Assembly: GCA_013265495.1 (NCBI GenBank)
Contig: MU058815.1
Span: 938,523-1,002,522, forward strand
Length of the DNA stretch: 64,000 bases
Origin: Vicugna vicugna
Taxonomy: Eukaryota
Direction of reading: 5' to 3'
Each line of letters begins with the position of its first letter. Within the stretch, counting starts at the first letter, position 1. The notes beneath the pieces are model-generated. The model did not search any database. It had not been told where the DNA came from and saw nothing but the letters and a program-made list of their open reading frames with translations. This document shows positions 55,432 through 64,000 of this stretch, in pieces. A program made the position numbers and the translations under genes.

Positions 55432-56329
55432 CTTGTGGGCAGAAACGGGGTTGGGAGGGAGAAAGGAGACTGTGATGAGGCTAATAATTAAAACATAAAG
55501 CTGAAAATCAAGAGCATATTTTATCTGAATTAAGGTTTTTATTTCTGTAGCCATCAGATCTCTTTGAAATTAGAATCAACAGGAGTGGAATTCTTAAAAC
55601 GTTAGCAGTCAGAATTCTCTCCATTGAAATTTGCATTACCATTATTATAGTCAACATTGTCAGGGGGCCGATGTTTTAAATTCTGTGTTATAAATAGAAC
55701 TTTTTGGCCTTTAGTTTTTTTCTTTCCATTACTGTAAGGAGAAAGCCAAAACTTATTGTGTATGTATTTATCTTTTTAATAAGCCGACTCCTCACCTAAC
55801 TGAGCATCTTCTCTGATAATCAAAGAAATGTGCAAAAGACACATTTGAGGAACAAGCAGCTCACATGATCATGCAAAATTATAGAAAATAAGGATTTTTT
55901 TGACAAAAATTGACTAACAGTGCATCAGCACTTCATTCAGGGGCCAGCACCAAAAACCACAGTGCCTCAGAGCATCTCTTCCTGACGGTAACCATAGTGA
56001 CACGAATCTCTGCTGGGAGATTCTGGCATATTCCTGTTACATTGATTACCTTTACTTTTTAAAGAGATTTTTTTAAAAAGTACACACTCCACAATGTTTG
56101 CAACAGAACAAAAACGCCTTGACTTCTTTTATCTTCCGCCAAACTTACCTCCCACCATGAAGGTATAAAAGCTCCCACAATATAAAAGGCCCACAGGTCA
56201 GTGGCTAAAAGGCTGAGTTCAAGTTGCCTTAATTCAATTATATTTATAACATCAAGTCACATAACTTCCTCTATAATATGTATTCGATCAAAAGATCCAT
56301 CTACATGGAAACTTTCCATAACTGTTAGG

Positions 56330-56876
56330 TGTTAGATAAGTGGGAGCACCAGGCAGCTAAGGTGGAGGAGAGGGAGGAGGGTCCAGAAGGTGGCGTTGTG
56401 CCCGCCTCCAGCATAAAGGGGCTTGACTTCCTCTAAATGAGTGCCACCAAGAAACCGGTTAGAACCCGACAGCCGTGACTGCACGGTAGGTAGTGAGGAC
56501 CTAACTGGACATGACCCGGTGCGCGCTGTAATATAACTAGCATTGCGGCTTAAGTCCCTGCGTGAGTTTCTCTGTGTGCATCATGGGTAAGGCCATGCAC
56601 AAAAGGGCACGAGCATGACTCAGCCCTCCAGAGGCAAGAGCTGTCAATCAATCAAGAGACCACCTCTAAGTGAGGGTGCAAGAGGAGAGGGAAGACAGAG
56701 CCCGCCATTTCCCTCCCGTGGATCAGCCTGTGCCCCCCTTCTTAGAAGTGCACCTTCTCTTTCCTAAATAAAACCTTTAAAATCTTTCCCTACACCATGT
56801 TCCGTCTCTCATCTGAATTTTTATCACTTGGTGTGACAAAGACTGGGGTCTCTTCCCTTCCCCTTGTGGGACAACA
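56330..56876 (+). mobile_element. Solo LTR (antisense to CNTNAP3)
   Basis: TGTTAG...ACAACA termini; AATAAA ~56767; no clear TSD. Confidence 0.7.
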
Positions 56877-58425
56877 GTATGAAGGGCAGGGAACAGCCAT
56901 GTGGCGTTTATTTTTTTATCATTTTTAATAGCTAATATAAGAGCAAGTTTCAAAAATCAAAACAATGTTACGAGGAACTCACTGAGGAGTCCCCACTGGT
57001 CCCTTCCTCTTTCCTGCCCTGGACAAAACATCTAACAGCCAAATGGGTTCTCGTGAACCCCTAACACACCGAATAAACCCAGAGATTCAGGAAGAAGAAC
57101 CTCCAGGCCATGGAAAAAACTCTGGCTTAAAGCCTATGGGAAAAAAAATCACAGAATATGCAAAAACTAGCAAGAACAGGAACAAACCATGAGTTAGTGT
57201 GACTAATGAGGTTTATATTCAATTAGGAAAAAGGACTGAACAGATCATCTGCCTCTCTCTGCTCACTGAAGGGGGCTGTGAGTGTTCCCACGGCAACGTG
57301 AATTTCATAGATTGTTTTTCCCCCCCGAATCATGTTTTCTCTAGATACTTTATATTTCAACATTTTCCTGGAAAATTACGTAAGTGGGTCTGGCATGATT
57401 TTTTGTAATTATCTACTCCTGTTCACCCTCAGGGTTTCTTCCAGCAAATGAAATGAGGATAAAAGAAGCCACACAGAAGGGCTGTGTCAGGCTTGGGAGT
57501 TCATCAATTATAATGTCATTGTGTCATTTATTTTCACGGCTTACGGCGCTAAGAAAAACCATGTGTCTCAATAGTTCATATAGGCTCGTGGTCGGTACGA
57601 TAGATTTATGGGCTTGCGTGGTTAAGGTGTAATAACAGGAGTCTTATCAAGTGGAGAGAAGGGAAAAGTTGAAAAGGACCTCAAAACTACCCTTCTGAAA
57701 AAAGAAATAAATTATTGCCCTTTCTAGAAATATTATTTCAAAGACCCCAACAAAGACACATTATGGGTCCCTAATAGCCCACAATATATTATTTTCATAG
57801 TTTCAAAACTCTTAGCAGGAGGAAACCTTTGAAAAGCAGCATAACTTAGCTTTGCAGCACAAGGAGACAGACCAAGGGATTTCAGGCGCCAGCACGATGG
57901 GAAAATACTGAGCCGTTAGTCACTGTCATCTGAAGCACAAATTTAGATCTGAGGACATTAATTGTAACCGTGGACACACTTCAACAGGATTTTTGAACTA
58001 CAGTTGAATTAGACCCCATCACAACATGCTCGGCCACCTCACTGGAACCTTCCCTCTGCCCACAAGCAAGCAGATTATACTGATGGCGCCTGGTTGACCA
58101 CTTGCTGGGACAAATGAACCTGCAGCCAGTTAACTTGCAGGTTTGGTTTGGTTAACAGGATACAGACAATGTCACTGACTTACCATATCACATGGCATTC
58201 CCCCAGTCTCCGTTTATTTTGCCAGATTGTATCCACTGTGTAACCAGCAACATTCCTGCACTTTGTATCAGACCTCTGAACTACACAGGGAGCCTTTCAT
58301 AGCAGAACAGGTGGTTGAATGGAGAAAGAAACCCATCTTTATTTTACACATTCAGGGAAACATAAATGAGAAGCATGTCTGCTATGCTCATCTCCATCTC
58401 CCTGAGGAAAAAAGACTTCATCACA

Positions 58426-58513
58426 AGGGGAGGGAAATAGCTCAGTGGTAGAGCGTGTGCTTAGCATGCACGAGGTCCGGAGCTCGATCCCTAGCACTGC
58501 CATTAAAAAAAAA
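58426..58513 (+). mobile_element. Vic-1-like SINE with TSD
   Basis: tRNA-Ala-like body, A tail, 'aaaaaagacttca' on both sides. Confidence 0.9.
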
Positions 58514-59395
58514 AGACTTCACAAAAAATCTAACGCCTTTATAGTTGGTGATTCCATCACTCACGGTCTAGAAATTGACCTTGCGGAAAGTGAAGGTGAA
58601 AAACTCCCTTCTTTGATAGATGCCTGAAATGAACTCAAATTTGGGTCTAAACACCACCTCTTTGAAATGAAGCCAGCTGCCTCCGTTTCTTCCGATGCAC
58701 GTTCTGAGAAGACTGGGCAGGCAACATGCCAGATGGTTTAACTTGTCACATCGATCTCCAGAGAAATCACTGGTCAGGATGACGCGCTCATGATGATAAA
58801 CAAGGGCTGATTGATGTAAACCCTGGCAGTTGCTCCCGGATCCACAAACATAGTCTGAACACACAGTACAGACCCCCGACAGCCTTCTCAGAGTTTCATC
58901 CACCGTGTTGCTCGCCTGTTACTATCCAGAGAGAAACACTGTTTCAGCTGGCTGCCCTCTGCTATCCAGCCCAACCCTCTGGCCACACAGATAAGGGAAC
59001 AGAAGTCAAGAAAAACTCACTTGCCCAATTTCACAAAACTCTGTAACTTTGCCACACATTCCTCAACGGTCCAGTGTGAGTCCCTGAGCTTTCTGAGCAG
59101 GCAAAGCCCTCAGAGGCAGCTGAGGTGTGTAACCTGCCCAGAGCGCCTTCCGCTTCTGAGCCCTCTCCTGTGTTTCTGGTTAAAAACTCCAGAAGGAAAC
59201 AGCCCTAGATCGTGGGGACTCACGTGCAAACAGTGCTGGTAACAGCCAGCCGCGCTGCTCTCAGTGTCCAGTGGGTGCCCTGAGGAAGGCAATGGCCAGC
59301 TCTTACCTGGCCCTGCCCCAGGTCTCAGAGGCCCTGGGGTCATCCGTCTGCCGAAGCCAAGATGACTGGGTGTGTGTGTTTCACTGAAAGAGGAA

Positions 59396-59800
59396 TTTTT
59401 TTTTTTTTTGGTGGAGGAAAAAAAGTCTTTATTGATAAATAGGTTACAGTGAAATAGAGTGATGGTTTTTAGGGAAATGAAAAAGCAGAATCTCAGTCTT
59501 TCTCCACCCTGCCTTTATCTCTCGGCTTCTGCCTTCTCTCGGGCCACTGTGGATGCTGAAGACTTGGTGGGAACGCCAGGCCTTCCTGGGACCTTGGGGC
59601 CTATCTTCCTGGCCGGTGGTGTAGGCCCCGCCTTGGACCCACTGCCCTTGGGAGGAGCAGGGGCCTTGGCTTTAGGCCCCTCCCCGGCCCCCTGGGCAGC
59701 GGCCTCTTTAGGGACCTTGTTCCTCATCTTCATCTTGCCTGTGGAAGGAGCACCATTTTCACCCTTGGTGACTGCGGGGTTTTGAACTCTGACTTCCAGC
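59396..59800 (-). pseudogene. H1-8: 5'-truncated processed pseudogene of oocyte linker histone H1-8 (H1FOO)
   Basis: Encodes AGSQSSKP/(frameshift)/AVTKGENGAP...GEGPKAKAPAPPKGSGSK...PGVPTKSSAS..EKAEAER*, aligning to the recalled H1FOO C-terminus (human AESKSSKPTASKVKNGAA...GQGPNTKAAAPAKGSGSK...GLPIKASSSK..RAEA). Followed by a ~105-nt 3'UTR, AATAAA near 59428-59433 and a genomic poly(A) about 20 nt later. Confidence 0.85.
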
Positions 59801-59932
59801 TCCCTCCCCCCGCCCCCCGCATTTCTCATTTTTATTTATTTTATTTTATTTCTCATTTTTATTTGACAGAAAAAAGTTGCTCTTGGTGTACAGATTTTAA
59901 AAAACCAAAATGCCTTTAAGAAACATGAAGAA

Positions 59933-60039
59933 GTAGGAGAGGGTATAGCTCAAATGGTAGAGCACGTGCCTAGCTTGCACGAGGTCCTGGGTTCAATCCC
60001 CAGCACCTCCATTAAAAAAAAACAACCAAAACCTAATAA
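59933..60039 (+). mobile_element. Vic-1-like SINE with 16-bp TSD
   Basis: tRNA-like head; TAAGAAACATGAAGAA (59917-59932) and TAAGAAACGCGAAGAA (60040-60055). Confidence 0.92.
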
Positions 60040-60839
60040 TAAGAAACGCGAAGAAAAGGGGACGGGCAAGCTCTAAGCAGACAGCCTGCAGGCGCCGGGA
60101 GGGCCCAGAGGTGACGCTCAGCCTGGCCCCACTCCTGTGGGCACCTCCTGATCTGTGTCTGTTCGAGGGCTCCGAGAAGGGCAGCCCTCCTCCCCACAGC
60201 TCTGGGGCCTTGAGGCTTTTCATGATTTGCTCTAATATTTTTAACACGAGAAAACACTGTAAGACACAACGTGGTGTCCTGAAGAGAGAGCAGCTCCCCG
60301 ACCGCCGTCGCCCCCGGGGGTTCAGAGGGCGAGCGTTTCACCCACCAGGTCCCACCGAGTACAGGTCTGGGGACCCGCTCCTTCGGAAGGTTGGGCCCCT
60401 GCTATTTAACACGAACGGACACCGACTCAACACGACTCGCATCGTCTCAAGGCAGCACGTGCGTGTGCTGGGCCCGTGCCTGGAGCCCCCCCAAGGGCGC
60501 AGTTACTGGGTAGAATCATTAGTGCCTCCCCTTGGGAGTCGGCCCAACCCAACGCATGAAAGCAAAAATAATTTCCTCAGAGAGAACAAAATGCATACAC
60601 TCATAAAATCAGATGTGGGCAGAGGACAGGGTCACGGTCAATACGAGAGACTGGTCATAATCTGTGGTCTTGGAAAAGTCAAAAAAATCCTCTGGGCGTC
60701 CAGTGCCATGTTTGGTAAGTGGAGAGAGCACACAGGCTGCACCTAAAGACTGAACATCATTGTTGTGGCCATGAACGCTGGGGCAATGAACTGAGCCTGC
60801 TGCTGGCCTAGACGCAATCTGATTGTCTCTCTCTCTGTC

Positions 60840-61240
60840 TATTTTTTTAACATTTATTATTTGTTTTTATTTTGATAATAAATATTTCCTCTCTTTCAAA
60901 TGTTGTGTAATTTTTCAAAAACAGCTTTGTTATGGTCTAATTCCTAGACAGTAAACTACACATATTTCAGATGTACAATTTGATGGCTTTTGATAGACGT
61001 ATATGCACCTATGACAACACCACCACAATCAAGATAGCTAACACTTCCCTCACTCCCCAAGAGGTGCAAATCTCGAACTCCCAATTTACCCCTCCTCACC
61101 CCCGTTACCCCCTGTTCGCCGTAAGTTTGCTCTCTCTGTCTGTGAGTCTGTTTCTGTTTTGTAGATATGTTCATTTGTGGCCTTTTTTGAGATTCCACAT
61201 ATAAGTCAGAGCATGACCGTCTATATTTTTGTTGTTCATC
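60840..61240 (-). mobile_element. L1 3'-end fragments
   Basis: 'tttgtagatatgttcatttgt...agattccacatataagt' and 'accacaatcaagatag' L1 3'UTR motifs. Confidence 0.8.
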
Positions 61241-61917
61241 AGACCTCATTTTGTCCATCCATAAGGCCAGGGCATACTCTGTGGCTGACAAAAAAAAAAG
61301 CAGGGAAATGAACTTTCCTGAAGCATTTGTCTCTCCTTTATAAGCTGCAGGCCGCTGGCCGGATTGATGCCCCCTCTATGGGGGCAGGAAGCATACTTTC
61401 CAGGCAAAAGCCAGGATAAAAGAGATGCAGGTTCCTGGTGTAGGGCAATCATCAAAGAGTAGCAGTTCTTCCCTTTTTTCATAGAAATCCTAACGTTTTG
61501 ACATTACAGAATTTTCTGTAAGAAACACTATTACCAAACAAAACTTGCCACACTTGATAAATGTCCAGTGACACCAGGCTTCCTGCCAGTCTCAGTTTTC
61601 AAGAGCAAAGCAGACAATAGTGAAATCACAACTCTTTTTAGAAAGAAAATATATGTTACAGCAGCTGCGCCATTTACTCACGGAAGAAACTCTCCAGTCG
61701 GCGCTCACCGCCCCTTTCTGACACATTGCCAACAAGCACTGCTATCTACTTAAAATAACAAATGCAAAACTTACCACGTTCGTAACATTTTTCGGTAGTG
61801 GAATTAACATCTGTCTACCTCCCTAGTCTGAAGGTCTGTGAGAACAGCGAGTTTCCCTTTTATTCCTCAAACGTAGCACAGTGCCTGGAAGTTTGAAATA
61901 TAAAGTGCCTACAGTGA

Positions 61918-61958
61918 TTGAATTAAATGGATAACTTGAATTAAATGGACAACTTGAT
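61918..61958. repeat. Tandem repeat, ~2.3 x 18 bp
   Basis: TTGAATTAAATGGA(T/C)AAC twice plus a partial copy. Confidence 0.85.
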
Positions 61959-62934
61959 TATGCCAAGACAGGAATTCTAGCAAGAAGAGAGAGGCGAAAG
62001 AAAGAAAACCTATATAAATAAGCAAATATATAACACGTAGCACAATGGGTCCATCAGCACCCACCCTACAGAGGATTTTTAAAAAAATAACGTGAGGTGT
62101 GTGTAAGGCAGTTGGGCTGAACGCCCTTTGCTATGCCATGGAGCTGGAGGTCTGACACAATTTCTGACCCAGGAAAAGAAAGGCTGTTTAAGAAACACAG
62201 TTGATCGGCTGGCAGAAGAGCAGAAGAGCAAGTGATTCAGCGATAATAATGAATCAGAAGGGCTGGATTATTAATTTGTTGAGTCAGTAAGTCGAGATCG
62301 GAAGGCGGAGTGGGCAGACCCAGTCCCCAGATGCTTCGTCCAGCCCCCGGGTGAGTCTCACCAACTGGAAGTTGCATCACTGCTCTGACCACAAAGCATC
62401 CTCTTCCAGGGACAATTAACCTCACAATGCAACGTCTGAGAACCAGTTTCTGCAGCGACGCAACTAGGAAAATAGAAGAAAATGCCCTGGCTTGAGGGTG
62501 GGCACGAACTCTCTATCTCTCTCAGTGGGTAAACCCACTGGAGTTTATACTCCTCACCTTGCCATCAACTAATTATGTTCTGTTTCTCCTGTTTACAAAG
62601 GAAATGAATCTGTCAATAAATTTCACAAGCAGTCCATTCAAAATAGTTCACTTTTTTGTCTAGTTTTTGTTGTTTCTGTACTAAAGGCATTAAATGCACG
62701 CAGAGTATGTCCTAGGACTGCATTTTTGAAAGTCATTGCCAAGGATATAATTTTGGCCATTGGTTTAGAATTTTGGGGTTTTGCATATTTTTTCAAGTGT
62801 TAGTATTTGTTTTTAATAATTAGAGAATGTTTCATTGTCCACAGGCATTGTAGCATCACAGAGAAGGCAAAATTTTCATACAAAAATATTTCTAGGTTGG
62901 GGGAACTGGATCAGGACCCTAAGAGCTTCCTCTG

Positions 62935-63257
62935 TCATAGACAAAGAAAACAAATTTATGGTTACAAGGGAAGGAGGTGGTGGGAAGGGATAAATTGGGA
63001 GTTCAAGATTTGCAGACACTCACTATGATACATAAAATGATAAACAACAAGGTTCTACTGTACAGCACTATGTTCAGTATCTTTTAGTCACCAATAATGA
63101 AAAAGAACATGAAAACGAATATATGCATGTGTATGTATGACTGAAACATGCTGTACACCAGAAACTGACACAAGGTAAACTGACTACACTTCAATTAAAA
63201 CAACTTAAAAAATAAAATTTAAAAAATTTAAATTAAAAATAAATTAAAATTTTAAAA
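62935..63257 (+). mobile_element. L1 3' end (5'-truncated) with A-rich tail
   Basis: 'agggataaattgggagttcaagatttgcagac...gtacaccagaaactgacaca...ttcaattaaaa'. Confidence 0.88.
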
Positions 63258-63558
63258 AGAGATCCCTTTAATTAAAAAAAAAAAAAAAGTAGGGCACCTC
63301 ATATGATCGCCAGGTCAGTAAGGACCATTTAGCTGTAACCTGGGTTCATTCCTTGGTGTTTCCCCAAGAACAAACTGCATTTTTTAAATTTTTAATTAAA
63401 TATCGTTTTGCGAGACATTTGTTGCTTCCTGGATTGGCCTGTGCGTTTGTCTTCAGCACGTCGCTTTCCTTATGACTTTTGAGTTTAATACAAATCCTTG
63501 GTATTTAATATTATTTGGAAGTCTTTGCTGAAATATTTTAACTCCTGTTCTTCATCCT

Positions 63559-63583
63559 GTGTGTGTGTGTGTGTGTGTGTGTT
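63559..63583. repeat. (TG)n microsatellite
   Basis: Direct reading. Confidence 0.95.
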
Positions 63584-64000
63584 TGTACATGTTTCATCAT
63601 CTACTTGATGTTCTGTCTCAGTTATAATTATGGAATCTTAGAAGTTTTATCTTTTCACACAGAACAAGAATATACCAATTTCAGGAGTTCTATACGAGAG
63701 TTGGGCAACTATAAACTTCTCTAAAAAACAATCACCTAAAAGGCAGTATGATACCATAATCTGCATTAATGTTTTTCATTTGCAATGAAGTATGAAGACA
63801 CATATGGTTATTAAGTATTCTTTGATAAGAAAAATGTATACATCCATATCAACTGCCAAATTATTAGCCAAATTTTTCATGAAACCTTACATACACACAC
63901 CCCTTAAAGCTCTTAAAACTTTCCAAGATTAAGTTAGGGAGTTTAGCTGATATTTAATTTAGAGAATGAATGTCTAATTTTTAGCTTCTTGTGTGTGAAC

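Noticed and set aside
58426..58503. tRNA-Ala(AGC)-like sequence (also at 19991, 30790, 33920 and 59935)
   Set aside because: A tails, TSDs, mismatched stems and an extended G head indicate SINEs, not tRNA genes
60111..60746. Longest ORF in the track (211 aa, plus strand)
   Set aside because: Non-ATG start, GC-rich patch and no recognisable domain; likely chance
55432..64000. Search for the next upstream CNTNAP3 exon (expected 'DGSGPLGP...YCNMT' motif)
   Set aside because: Not found by eye; presumed to lie beyond the right edge

Overview
Mammalian genomic DNA, most likely from a camelid, judged from five tRNA-Ala-derived, Vic-1-like SINEs. The main feature is the 3' half of CNTNAP3 (CASPR3) on the minus strand. 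It comprises 12 coding exons (about exons 13-24 by recalled human numbering) between 55431 and 22878, all bounded by AG/GT and phase-consistent, except for one exon interrupted by a 74-N assembly gap. The encoded tail ends in a PDZ-binding motif (QKEYFF). A 5'-truncated, polyadenylated retrocopy of the oocyte linker histone H1-8/H1FOO lies at about 59396-59800, upstream of the first visible exon and presumably intronic. The first 10 kb is a dense, partly nested cluster of ERV/LTR elements, including a decayed class I ERV (LTR, tRNA-Ile-like PBS, gag lacking capsid, pro, start of pol). The rest is L1, L2, MIR, MaLR and MER5 remnants plus microsatellites. I found no convincing evidence of a wholly new biological system. 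Homology calls come from recalled protein sequences, not from searches.
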